Assembly: GCF_018977255.1 (NCBI RefSeq)
Contig: NW_024704742.1
Coordinates: 52,392,001 to 52,456,000 of the forward strand
Source of the DNA: Callorhinchus milii
Taxonomy: Eukaryota
Direction: 5' to 3'
Length of the DNA stretch: 64,000 nucleotides
The position numbers and the translations under genes were made by a program. Shown here piece by piece: positions 1 to 13,190 of the stretch (position 1 is the first letter of the stretch; each line of letters opens with the position of its first letter). A model generated the notes under the pieces. The model ran no database searches and was not told the DNA's origin. It saw nothing but the letters and a program-made list of their open reading frames with translations.

Positions 1-84
1 ACATTTACTTCCTTTGTCCATGTAACTCACGCTTTAAAAAAAGGATTAAGCAGTATATAAACTTTGCAATAACTTTAGCTACTA

Positions 85-267
85 CGTCCCCTCTCTGACT
101 GTCTTTAAATCCTGCCTACAAACCTACCTATTTGAACGCATTCATAGTCACCTCCCCTTCCCCAAACTTCCTCCTATTTGTTCAGTGTCTGACCCCATTT
201 TTGTAAAGTGCTTTGAGAAGTTATTCTACGTGAAGGGCGCTATATAAATGCAAATTGTTGTTGTTGA
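85..267 (+). mobile_element. Old L2-like 3' tail
   Basis: gtaaagtgctttgag...cgtgaagggcgctatataaatgcaaattgttgttgttg. Confidence 0.6.
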
Positions 268-1589
268 TAATAACTACCATAATATGACAGTCAAAGAAAA
301 TTGTTGCATGTTTGAAAACAGAAGAATGCTGGGAAATCAGTAGCTCTGTGACCTTCTTTACTGTTTAAAGAGCATGAAGGACCAAATGAGCATTGTTCCT
401 TTGTCTGTAACACAAGTAAAATCAACTTGTGAAACAAAATGTGCTGCTTCCTTGTGAGACTGTCAGACATTACCCGGAGTTTTGTTTTGCACCTGCCAAA
501 AAAGGATAAGGAAAAATAAAGAAAGAGTAAACAAATATGCTTAAACACCTGCTCCCATTCATCCATCGCACTGAATCTATTTATACATCACTTTGATGGA
601 CTAATCTTTCATAGAGAGGTTCATTCAACAAAATGTAACCTTGCAGCCTGGGAAAGCCAGATGTTCAGGAATATTCTAGTGTAACTCAGTTCCATGTTTT
701 TTTTCACACAATTGTTTTGCCACATTATTTGTTTTCTCCCTGTTGTGTTTTCCTCTCCGCAAAGCAGCTCCAATGTGTCATCTGCGTGTGTAGGACTAGT
801 GCCTTGTATTGATAAAAGATGGCTGGCTTCCTTTCCTGTGCAGCTGTTGTTTGCAACATAAATGAAATGAAGTTGTTTTTACAGCAAGGTTTTATCATTA
901 AAGTTTGGCATGTTACAAGATTCTCAGCTACTGCCCTTAAATGTAAATTAGACCTTACATATTCAACTTTCTATCTTATGAATATAGAATATTAGAAAAT
1001 GGTGGTTTGACAGGAAGCAGTATGCATTACAGAAATTCCACCTGGTCTTGCTTTGGCCTTGCTTTGAGTTTTATACACATTAGCTACCGCACGTACTCAC
1101 TTTTACATCCTCAAATTGTTGGTTGACTACTTTTTTGAAATGAAAAATACATTCTTAAAACAGGAAATTTGTATAAACTGGAATTAGTTTCAATGTGTGG
1201 TGATAAAATATATTGAAGTCTAAAGTGAGATATTCTTAAATTGGATTTGAGTCAAGAATTGGAACTTCTGTTTGCAAAGCGTGAAATGACAAATGATGAA
1301 TTACAAGTGATCAAATTCTGAAATAAGACCTGTAAGCAGTAACTCGACAATGTTCCTTTGGAGTTTTCTTACCGGACTTTCCCAGAATATCCCAATTGAT
1401 AATTCGCCATTTGCAAATTTGTGAATTTAAGCAGGGATTTTAGCAATCAGACATTTGCACACCACAAGAAAGTCATAAAGAGAGACTTGAATGCAATTTG
1501 CAAATATCACATTTTTAACACTGTTGAAATTAACTTTTGAGCTGTATCTAAAAAGATTTATAAGTGCTTATTAATAATAACTATTAAAA

Positions 1590-2040
1590 ATAATAATAAT
1601 CCTTGTATTTGCTATGTCACCTTATCACATTTTTGAGATGATTCAAAGTGCTTCACAGGATGTACTGTAAAATGGATTAATCTTGTATTATGCGGGTGAA
1701 ACACGGCAGCCAATTTGCACACATCAGTGTCCCACAAACAGCCATAGAGTGAGTGACCACGTTTTTTTATTTCGGGGATTTGTTGACCAGAACACTGGGA
1801 GAAACTCTCTTCTCTTTTCAAATAGTGCCATGGGATCCATAACATCTATCTGAAAAGGCTGACGGGACCTAGGTTTAATGTCTCATTTGAAGGATAGCTT
1901 CTCAACACACACATGCAACACACACCCAGCACTGCATTGGATTGTCAGCTTAGATTGTATAATTCTATATCCCAACATAGGGCTTGAACCCTCAACCTTC
2001 TGACTCAAGCGGCAACAGCATTACTACTGAGACAGGCTAT
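1590..2040 (-). mobile_element. Deu-domain SINE (SacSINE1-like)
   Basis: Reverse complement has a tRNA-like head, the Deu core (..aaacctaggtcccgtc...gatcccatggcactatttgaaaagag) and the shared body and tail. Confidence 0.78.
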
Positions 2041-2724
2041 CTCATAAAACTTTCATCAAGGTAAGAGGGAGAGAATAAAGCGCCTCCCATTTTGTATTGA
2101 CATGTTACAGACTTAAACTTTCCTTTGCATTGCCCTATTTCAGTTATGCACATTGGGTAATGATCAGAGTTTGCACTGCCATAGTTGAGGAATTATTGAT
2201 AATTTGCACCTGAGCTAAGCTCACCAGCATGCAGAATTTGTAAATTTCTTAAAAACGGTCTTAATTTGGAAGCTGGGTTTCTCCATGTTCTTTTCAGAAA
2301 GACAGAAAAATGGCTTCAAAACAAAGACTCAATTTAAGAACCTGTCAATTTCTGCACATTCTGAAATACTAAGAATATAGTATATCTAGATGCAGGTGGA
2401 ATTTCTCCTCTGACCTCAAAGCAGAGCAAGCAAACTTGGGTTCTTATGTGAAAAGCAGTTTACATTTTATTTGCTGAACACTTGCTCCCTCTAGTGACTA
2501 ATGAAAGACAAATCTAACTTTGGCACTGGCTGCACTCCCAACCCCTTGTGACAATGAGACAGATTTGATACCGATTGAACAATTTTTACATTCTTATTCC
2601 TAGTTTTCTTAATATTGAATATTTATTAAGTGGCTAAATATAGAGATGCAAAGAGCATTTTTCAGTTTTCAAATTTGTCCTTCATTTCTAAAACCCTGGA
2701 ATGAGTTGTTGCCAACCAATTTGT

Positions 2725-3677
2725 TCACACCTCTCCCTCCACTCCTTACTTGTGACCCTCCAATTCAGTTTCCACCCTGTTCGCAGCACTGAGACAGCAC
2801 TCGCCAAAGTCACAAATGATGTCTTTTCTCTCTGTGACAAGGGTTCCCTCTGTACCCTGGTCCTCCTGTACCTCTCCGCTGCCTTCAACATGGTCGATCA
2901 TACCATTCTCCTCCACTGTCACTCCTCCCTCACCCATCTTAGTAGGATTGCACTCTCCTGGTTCCTACTTAACCAACTGCCATCATTTTGTTCCTGCTGA
3001 CAGGATTTCCTCCCGCCACCGACAGGTCACCTGCGGCATACCCCAAGGTTCCAAACTTGGCCCCCTTCTTTTCTTCATTCACCTGCTCCCTCTCAGTGAT
3101 GTCATCTGCAGACACAGGATCTAACTTCTATATGTATGAGGATGACACCCAAATATATTTCTCCTCCTAGTAGAAATATGAAGATGATGAATATGACCAC
3201 TCCATCACTCCCACCCTCGCCCGACTCCACTGGCTCCCCATCCCCCAGAGGATTGAGTTCAAAATCCTCGTCCTCATCTTTAAGGCCATCCATGGCCTTG
3301 CCCCCTCCTACCTCTCTGACCTGCTGACTCCCTACCAACCTGCCCGCTCCCTCCATTCAGCAGGCTCCGGGCTGCTCCATGTCTCCCACCCGACCCGCCC
3401 TACCATCGGTGGCCGGGCTTTCAGCCTCTCTGCCCCCACACTCTGGAACTCCATTCCACGGTCCCTTCGCCTCGCTTCCTCCCTTGCCTCCTTCAAGACC
3501 GGTCTCAAGACCCTTCTCTTCGACCGTGTCTTTGGTCTCCCTCCCACCTCTCTGCCTTCCCTCACCCCTACACCACCCCTCCCCCATGCTCGGGTCCTGA
3601 CACCAGACTGTTCAGCGCTTTGGGACGTCCTCCCGACGTTAAAGGCGCTCTATAAATGTAATTTTGTTGTGTTGTTG
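2725..3677 (+). mobile_element. L2-clade LINE fragment with internal deletion
   Basis: STETALAKVTND, GIPQGSKLGP, YEDDTQIY, then a jump to the LHWLP region; tail GGGACGTCCTCCCGACGT...(TTG)n. Confidence 0.9.
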
Positions 3678-4905
3678 ATGTGACTGTTATCACTGGGGAT
3701 ATAATTAGCATAATTTGGGACATTCCACTCATAGAGATGCCTCCCCCAATCTTTTAAATGTTTTTGTCCAGAGCCGATTGGCGATTGAGAATGAGGGGTA
3801 GCTGTTACTACCTTCCTAAGTAAGAAGGACAAAAGGAAAAAGAAAGGAAAAGTGTATGATCGAAAGTAACCAAGTAAAAACACTCAGTATTTTCTTACAC
3901 TATATGGAGCGCTATATCTTGAGTACTTTCACTAAGGACAACAGGTCTGAGGAAACACCTAAGCTCTGTCTTTTTAATGTACCTATAAATACAGGTGACC
4001 GAGTTATCTGCTTGCGCTCATTTGCTGTTCACATCCAACAACAATTTATGTGGAAAACAAATATGCACAGCAGATTTTTGTTTTCTACATAAAATGCTGT
4101 TGTCAATACGATTTCCTTTAACCTGTTTTCATACTCATTAGAATTTTTGGGAATTCTTCCAAAATTCTAAGTATCATTAGCATTCAAGTTATTTTAATGA
4201 AACGGGATATCCTTTTAGGATATTTTGGTAAAGGAAACATTTGCAGTTTTTTTTCAAAGTTTATTAATAAACAGATCATGACTGCTACCTCAGGCTTCCA
4301 ATGCAATTTGCAGAATCAAGTTAGAGTGTTTGGAACTTGAAACAACAGACCTTAAAAACTTGAAATAAAGAACATGTGATCAAAGCCTATATTCACGGTC
4401 CAGTAGCTGTACACTTTACAACCCCACACAATGAGTGTTTTATGAGTAGGATATTGTACTTAGCAGCTGCCCATATTATTTTCCAATTTAATAGATTTCC
4501 TGATATAATGGCATATAATAATAATAATAATATTTACCTTTGATATAGCACCTTATCATGTCGTTGAGATGTCTTAAAGCGCTTCACAGGAATATACTGT
4601 GAAGTAAATTGACTGTATGTTTTGTGGGAGAAACGTGGTAACCAATTGCATACAGCAGTTACCCACAAACAGTTGTGGATTAGGGATTCACATTTTTTTC
4701 TTTTTCTTACCCCATATGTAATGGGGTAAAAATGCAACATTTCATTAAAGATAATTTCTCCCAGCTAAGTTTTGGCAGAAAGCAATCTCTGTTGCCATCG
4801 GTGTTTGAAATTGCAGCTAAAAATCGGATGTCAACTTAGCTCAGTTGTGAACCAGCAACTGGCTCAGGGATCAAGAAAATAAAGTCAAGTCTGCTAAGCG
4901 GCAAC

Positions 4906-5342
4906 CAAGATCCTCATCCTTACCTACAAGGCCATTCACGGCCTTGCTCCCTCCTACCTCTCCGACCTACTATCCCCCTACCTACCTGCCTGTACCCTCC
5001 GTTCCTCTGGTTCCGGTCTGCTCCACATCCCCCGCCCCAACCGCCCTACCATCGGTGGCCGGGCCTTCAGCCTCTCAGCCCCGAGGATCTGGAACTCTAT
5101 CCCCCAGTGCCTTCGCCGCCTCCTCCCTTTCCTCCTTCAAGGCCGGTCTCAAGACCTTTCTCTTTGACCGTACCTTCAGCTCCCCTCTCGATTCTCTACC
5201 CCCTCCTCGCTCTCTCCCTTCCCTCCCCTCACCCTGACCATTTCCCCCCTGCTCGGGTCCTGACCCAACTGTACAGTGCCTTGGGACGTCCTCCCGACGT
5301 GAAAGGCGCTCAATAAATGGAATCTTGTTGTTGTTGTTGTTG
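4906..5342 (+). mobile_element. Young L2 3' end
   Basis: Nearly identical to ~60870-61350 and to the reverse complement of 24700-25128; (TTG)n tail. Confidence 0.92.
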
Positions 5343-5853
5343 GTGTCAAAGTATTTTAAATTTGAGCATAGTACCAAACCATTATGCTGAAATCCAGGGG
5401 ATGGGATGAGATGGGGAGTTGGGGATTATTCAGGTTCAGCTCAACAACAATAAAAACTATTTGCATCTATATAGATCCCCTCGCACAGGGTAGCGTCTCA
5501 GAGTGCTTGACAGCGGCGGAGCACGATGCAGAGCCGGGGGAAGGTGACCATAAGCACGATCAAAGAGCAATGCATGGAAAATGTGTTATGAAATGTTGCA
5601 TTATTCATACATATGTGTGTCAAAATATATGACTGATAATCATTTGGATTTATACTCGACATAGCAGAAAATAAAATAGCTATTGATGGAGTGGCTATTC
5701 TGCATCATGTGATTTAGAGAGAACTTCACTTGGATGTTTCTCCAGTGGTAACCACCAGGTGATGCTATAAAATAACTTTTCACATTTTCCAGGTTAATGA
5801 CTTGTCATTTGGAATCAGAAGATCTGCTTGTTTGTTCATTTTGAAACATTCCA

Positions 5854-5910
5854 AGTTAGTTAGTTAGTTAGTTAGTCATTCAGGTATGTTAGTTAGTTAT
5901 TTAGTTAATT
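5854..5910. repeat. (GTTA)n microsatellite, degenerate
   Basis: agttagttagttagttagttagt...gttagttagttatttagtt. Confidence 0.85.
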
Positions 5911-6596
5911 ATCAGTCAGCCAACCAGCCTGTGAATTAGTTAGTGACTAAGGTTCTATTAATTTTAGAGCAGCTTTCAATATTTCAGGCATAGTGGCATC
6001 ATTTACGGATGAGGAAACGTTATAGGTGTTTCAGTAAAACAAACAAAATTACAGCAAAAATATTTTATTGATTGCAATTGAATTTGCGCTTATTAAAACC
6101 TTTTTTTATTTACTTTCATCTCCTTCAGTGAAACAGGAAATTATAGTTCATTTCATTTGTTTCAGTCTCCTACCAGTGAAATAGGAAGATGTAGCTCACT
6201 ATTTAGAGCGGATTCCTTTACATGGCATTCTTATGATCTTCATGCGCTCTTTTTCAGCAGGCATTAGCTCCCTCCACAAGCCTTTAAACACATAGGGTGC
6301 TAAGTTAACATGCAATGTTTACAATGGATTGTTTTAAATCTCAGAGTGAACCCCTTTTTCTTCCTGCTTCTAGGTATTATGAGGAATGTTGTTGCTATCC
6401 TTGATGTGCGTAACACGAAAAAGATTCCATTAAAATGTGAAGGCTGATCAAAGTACTCCCATGTGTTCATCCAAATCGCAATCTAAATTGTTGGCCTACA
6501 AAATACACAGTCACTACATTTTACAGTATATTCTGTAAAGCGCTTTGGGACTTTTCTTGCAGTGTTCTTGTCAACAATCCTGCGGATTAATGGGTA

Positions 6597-6921
6597 ATAA
6601 TATAATTTACATTTGATATAGAGCTTTGCACGTCTTCTAGATGTCTCAAAGCACTTCACAGAATATACTGTAAAGTTAGTTGATTGTTTATTTGTGGGTG
6701 AAAAGCCACAGCCAGTTGTGCACAGCAATGTCCCACAAATAGTTGTGGATTGAGTGACCAAACTATTATTGTTTTTTTTAAAGGATTATTATCCCCAGAA
6801 AAGTGATCACCAATCGACTAACAACCGGGTAAGGAAACTTGGCCAACATTTCGCACTGCCAGGAACAGAACCCAGGTCTCTTGCTTGCGAGGCGAGTGCT
6901 CTAACCACTGAGCTACAGGAC
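6597..6921 (-). mobile_element. tRNA-headed SINE, older subfamily
   Basis: Head at ~6860-6921, partial internal segment, tail at the left end. Confidence 0.85.
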
Positions 6922-9900
6922 TAAATATCTGGAATGTTAACAATATTAAGCCATTCAGTTGGAAAAGAGGTACAGAGGCACTCACGTTTGATTTTAACGG
7001 ACCATGACAGGTCCATATAATGAAGGATAATTGGAAACATTGATATTAAACAATCTCTGAAAGTGTACAGCATCACTTTTGTTTTCAAACCCACTGACAG
7101 CAAATCCCCATTCTGGCAAATCAGATTTCTGTGTGGTCTGCATTGTGCATAGTGAGGATAAACAGTCAACCTTTAAATCTCCTATTCAATTTCCTCCATG
7201 CTTTTCTGTGGTATTCATCTCATGGCTGTTTGAGTGCCTTTCTATGTGTAAAATAGTATATGCTGACAGAAATAATCACTACATTTGGCAGTTATTGCTC
7301 TGAAGTACTTTAACACATTTTGATATTTTAAATACCTAATCATCAGCGGTCATTTTCTGTCACTCAATGTCGGTACGTTTCTGGTACAATTGCTAATGTT
7401 GCCAAATAATGGCAATTATTCATACATACGTTGGATAAAAATACATTTACACTATGAGATCGTCCACAAAGCAGGTGGATAGGAACTCAAACAGGAAAAT
7501 AACAGCACTGCTCACTCTTACGGTTTTCCATACCGGTTTCTACAAAGTTACAATATTTTCAGCTGTTTCATGTTCAGTCATTCTGTATGTACAGTAGAAC
7601 TGCTGCAAAACTATTTTTAAATTGATACTTTGGGCCTTTATGAAGTTAAGCCAGGAGCATCAAGTCATTTGATAAATTCTAAAGGATGCAGGATATCCCA
7701 TGTAAAACAGGGCTATGTAAGTCCGAAGGATGAATTCATTTAATTTCCATATTTGCTTTGATGGGTTTGCATTAAATTGAAGGTTATAAACAAGCTGGTT
7801 GGCAAGCAGGTGTGAGATGGTCTCACAACTGGAAGCTCCAAGCTTGAATCTCACTCTTGCTTCATTTTTAAACACTCTACTTTCCAGTACATCAAGTCTG
7901 TGGAATTCCTGAAGTCCCTTTGTCTTCTTAAAATTTCCAGGCTTCTAAAGTTCAAGCTGTTTAAAAAACTGGAAACAGCTTCAAAATCACTGGATTTAAG
8001 CATTTTCCAATCTCAAATGTTAAGATGATGATTTTGAGCCTAAGACAATATCAATTCTTCAGGCCTTCAGTTTCTTCCACTAGATGTTCAGGGAAAGCAT
8101 GAGTTTCTAGAGTACATTGGTGGGATTGGCTGCCAACTCTCCCAGTGGATTCTTTCACCTCCTGAGTAGATTCACAACCAAGGGTCCACTATCTATTCCC
8201 ATCCCACTGGACTGCAGGGAATTGATCGACATTTATGCCAAGTGTAATTGGATGACCTCAGTAAACTGATACTGAGGACTATCACATGCAGCAAACTAAC
8301 ACTATTTAAGGGTCTTCGCCACAAAACAATGTTCGGAAAGCTTTCCTGTGGTCTTTGTGAATACATATAACTCAACTAGCAATTTCTGGTACATTGTTTG
8401 CATCATCATTCATGTCTCCATGAAATGTAGAACAATTAAAAGATACAACACTCAAGACGTGAACACTTGGCAGAAACTGCATCAAATAAGTTCTTGGTTC
8501 TGGAACTAATGCTGCTGAGACGGAGTAAATCTTACAAGTGGGCAACTTGGTGGTTTCGAAATGGAGCTGACAGTGGATCTTATTGACTACTCCAGCAACT
8601 AAACCTGGCTAACATGTCCCTGTAGAAGATTGTGCCTCTTGAAATATCTAGCACTGAGATCACTATAACATTTCTCACAGATCATATTTTGCTTTTGTGG
8701 TACAATTTTACAATGCAATTTAATATGTTACTAGTTGATCTTAAAGCCACAATATTGAATAGGTCCAATTTTCCACATAAATAATAAAGGTTTCGTAGTA
8801 TTAAGTCCCAAACCATGGTTTTTTTCAAAGTTGTTCATGTGGTTTCTAACATTCCCCAAGAGGTGTCACAATGTAGTCCACTGAGAGCTGAGATACAGAA
8901 AACAACTCAAATCTGTTTCCACTCAGGCTGTGACCTGGCGAAGGATAAGTTCAACAAAATATCGACTGCTTTTCGTTAATTGTTTTCTGAGTCTATTTTG
9001 TTAATAAAAGTGCAGAGGATGTTTTCATCCCAGCAGGCCATGTGGTTAGATACAGAAAAGTCACTTTTCACCACGTCAAGGAAGCAATGGTCTTTACTTG
9101 TTGACAGGATTCTAGCCAGACAGCCGTTTGACTACAAAGGTTTTCTCAAAGTTTAGCATTAGACAATATCTTTGTCGCAGGCTATTATAACAATAATTAC
9201 GTTTGATCGAATACCTTTCACGTCAAGAGGACATCTCAAAGTGCTTCAAAGCATTTACGTTTGGTAACTACGTAATTTGGAGATTGAAATATCTCTTTGA
9301 AGTGTTTTGTTTCATATTTTAATTCTTGTTTCTTTATATGCAACGGTAATCCTGTAATATTACAGGCATCTGCATGAAGCCATTATTGATCTGTCCTATT
9401 TGCAACACACATCATGAAATCCATTTATTCTTCTGTGGTCCAAAGAGTGACAGTTCACAACATGATTCAAAAATAGTGACTAATTTACTTTCCTAGCAAT
9501 AATTATTCCAAGTATAATTATCACATCGCTGCTGCATTTCCTCCCTCTATAGTACAGAATCAATTGTACGATATGTTTCATACAACTTGATTGTGCAGAA
9601 ACACATTTCCAGTATATGTTTGGAAAACACAGCAGTTGTGTTAGAGGAGTATAAGCAATACACAGCAGTACCCATACGGTTAACACATGCATTTGAAATT
9701 GTAACCATCACTGTTTTCAAAGAATGAGAAGAATCGATTGGACCTCCCACTGCTCACTTGAGCACAAATCATCACTACCCCTACTTGAAGCTAGCAGCAG
9801 CAGAGCCACATGCACTAAGGACGACATTGGTAACACCAAGGAAGCGTGGTTTAAAGCATTGAGGGCTTTTTAGCACAGACAAAGGCTCTAACCTGGGATC

Positions 9901-9965
9901 TTCCTAGCCAGCATGACGTAAGCAGCACACCACATGGTGTATTTATTGACAAATGCCCAAGGGTT

Positions 9966-10297
9966 TAATAATAATAATAATAATGATAATCCTTGCATTT
10001 GATATAGCGCTTTTCACGTCGGGAGGACGTCCCAAAGCGCTTCACAGAACACACTGTAAAGTGAATTGACTGTATATTTGTGGGCGAACGCGGCAGCCAA
10101 TTGCGCACAGCAATGTCCCACAAACAGTCGTAGATTGAAAATGACCAATTTTTATTATTGTTTTTGGTTTTGGAGGGATTATTATTAGGCTCTGTGTGGA
10201 GTAAGGAAACTTGCCCAAGGTTTTGCCCTGCCCGGAATTGAACTCAGGTCTCTCACTTGCAAAGCGAGTGCTCTTACCACTGAGCTACAGGACTCCA
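9966..10297 (-). mobile_element. tRNA(Ala)-headed SINE, young short subfamily
   Basis: Head GGAGTCCTGTAGCTCAGTGG (A box) ... GTTCAATTCC (B box); L2-type tail and (ATT)n; near-identical to the copies at 41977 and 47206. Confidence 0.92.
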
Positions 10298-12727
10298 CCA
10301 AGAAAGGCAAGCGGATGAATATTGAATGCCTTTACAGTTTTCAAAATCTGAATTATTTTTCATCAAATAATAATAATGGCTAGTGTTAAACATTATGAAT
10401 CATATTAGAAAAATGTAAAGAAGAATAAGTGACAATTGTTTCCAGTATATATAGAGTGTTTTGTGTATGGCTATATCGGTCCTCGAGTCTTAGCCAACAA
10501 TTTCTAGATAAATTGAACATTCATTTCATGGCTATTTGTGAGATGTTGTTGTGCACAATTTGGCTGCAGTGTTTGTCTACAAATACACAGTTACTACACT
10601 TTACAGCAATTACCCTGTGAAACATTTTGAAATGTTAAAATACAAAAGTAATCTCCGCATTTTATATAGTGCCTATAATATCAAGATTGTCTTAAAGCTG
10701 TTCACAAAGTTTTGTGAAGTGCGGTGACTGTATATTTGTAGGTGACATCTTTATAGGCACTAAATCAAATGCAAGGAAAGATTATTATTTTTTGTCATTA
10801 AAACAATGGGGTGAAAAAGACGGAATTACAAGGTATGTATTTTTATCTGGTTAAACTCCAGGAATATTTCAGCACATATTCTGGGGTTCCCAAGCCTTGG
10901 CTTTTGCCAAGCTGTGCCCAATATTCTCTGTAAATTGGTAAGCAGAATGCATCCCTCCAGGGAGAGAGTGTGCATTCCATTCCAGACCTGGAGAAATTTC
11001 CATGTCTACATATGTGGAACTCTCAGTCCGTTTTTGGATCCTCTTAAGCATGGTCTATGTATGTCAGATGCCTGACTGACCAAAAAAAACAGATTACTGG
11101 TGCATGTGGAACTGTGAGTTCTGGAAAATAAATGGTAGTTATCAGCATCTGTTCTAAGGTATTAACAATGCACTTCCACAGCTGAGATCTGATGAGCCTC
11201 AGTAACAATGAAGGGATCTAGTCAATGCAAAATAAAAATAAATAAAACTCAGAGGTCACTCAGCAGATGCCTGCTTTGAGTTCCAGCCAGATTTAAATAC
11301 ATTTCAGATCAAGGCACTTTTCCGGCCATATGCAACCTGCAAAGGGACCCCTGATAACAAACATTGAAAGTGGGTATTATAGCAGGCAATGGGTACCATG
11401 GTTTTGACTCCCTTCCACAGTCTCAGGTATTGACGGGGTATAAAACCATGCAGAGGAATTTTATTTTGGTTATTGTATTGTATTTCCTGGGAGTGTTCGC
11501 CACCTCTTTGGATATACTGGAAAAGTACTGCATGCCTGAGAGAAAGCAACAAGCCAGGTTAACAGTATCACTCACTAACTCCAGAACCTGCAAGAAGGGA
11601 AGAAACAATTGCATAATGTTAACAAGCATTTCTACAGCAGTCAGACAATATAGATTTATGGAACCCATTTTTCCTCTCTCTATACATATAAGCAATATCT
11701 ATTTGTCTGTCTGTCTGATCTGTCTGCTTAAGAATGTAATTGAATGTTATAAAATGAAATGTAGTCCTAAATGTCCAAATTATTTATGAAATATTATGTC
11801 TTATATATTAGGTTGTTCATTTATTATGTAACTGGCCAGAACTGAACAGTTTAGTGGTAAAGTCATGCAACTAAATAGTTCTACTGATTACAGGCACAAA
11901 TCACAAAGAACCTTCACAGCCCTCTCTCCTAGAATGTATACCTGTAGTTAGTTGCCTCCATCAGGACACTGAGTGAGTTAAGTAGAGTATAGTGCCTGAT
12001 AGGATACATTAAGGTCTGAGGAGGGAACAGTATAAATGGGGCAAATGATTTCTTCTTTCATGGTTTCTTACATTCATATGACAAAGAGACCTGAGTTGAA
12101 TCCCATTGTCCACTATCATTTGTAATAATGCTTCTAGTGGGGTCACGGATTACCAATTTCAATTTATCTAAAGTAGGAAGGGGAGCTGGTCATGGGATCA
12201 AGTCACAGACCTAACAAGCAATGGCATTGGCAGCACCTATTCAAATGTCAGTGGGTTTGATCTTCTCACTGCCAATCTGAAGATAAAATGATAGTCACAA
12301 AGAGTCAATCACAAGATTTGGAGATAATTAGAAATAATCTATGGGATTATGAAGAAAACAGTAATTACCATTTAACTATGGTTGTGGTGAAAATCATGGC
12401 TGTATTTTGCATGGGATAATTTTGTACTGTTTCCAATTTTCTGACATCTGAAGACATTAACTCATGCTGGGGTTTGGTTCCACAAGTGGCAGAAGGCCTC
12501 CAGTGCCTTGCCAGTGTCCAATCCTCGTTCAGGAGCCTCCTCAATAAGTGCTCATGGGAAAAATAAGTGAAAGGTTAAAATGATCATAAGCATAACATGG
12601 ACATTTAGAATATCAGGACACCGGGGTCATAAAATTCCACATGAACCTTGGTTCAAACTCATCATCTTAGTTTTGGAAACAGTTTTCAATTCATTTTCAA
12701 TTTAGAAACTGATTTTCACTTACACAG

Positions 12728-12830
12728 AACCTGAAACAAAAACATAAGTCACTGGGAACACTCAGCAAGGCAGCATCGATGGAAAAAGGAAAGTAAGTCA
12801 ACGTTATACCGAACCTGATCCTGTCCTGAA
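12728..12830 (-). mobile_element. Penelope-like terminal fragment
   Basis: gaaacaaaaacataagtcactgggaacactcagcaaggcagcatc...gtcaacgtt, homologous to 33911-33985. Confidence 0.7.
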
Positions 12831-12879
12831 CTAATGTTTAGACAAACATACATTGGATTGACAATCAAGATAAAATAAT

Positions 12880-13190
12880 AATAATAATAATAATGATTCT
12901 TGCTTATCTCATCATCGAGACAGCTTTACTGTGAATTGCAGTGACTATGTGTTTGTAAGAAAACACGGCAGTTAATTTTCACACAACAATATCCTTAAAA
13001 TAGCCATAGATTGAGTGATCAATTTTATCTGGGGATTATCATCCACAACACTGGGAGAAATTCCCTTCTCTTTGTGTGTAGTATGACAGCATCTTTAACT
13101 TGAACATGGCAGACAAGAACTCATTTAATGTCTTATCCGAAGGATGTCACCTCCATCAATGCCAGCACTGCATTGGAGTGTCATCTTAGA
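12880..13190 (-). mobile_element. Degenerate Deu-domain SINE (a further SINE fragment follows at ~13195-13400)
   Basis: Reverse-complement Deu core (tttaatgtcttatccgaaggatgtcacctcc) and tail. Confidence 0.7.

Noticed and set aside
7600..8640. Possible decayed coding relic (e.g. DIRS-type element) on the minus strand
   Set aside because: Only faint motif impressions and many stops; cannot be supported without a tBLASTx/HMM search.
11304..11789. Overlapping 141-aa, 90-aa and 82-aa ORFs
   Set aside because: No recognisable similarity and an AT-rich, noncoding-like composition.
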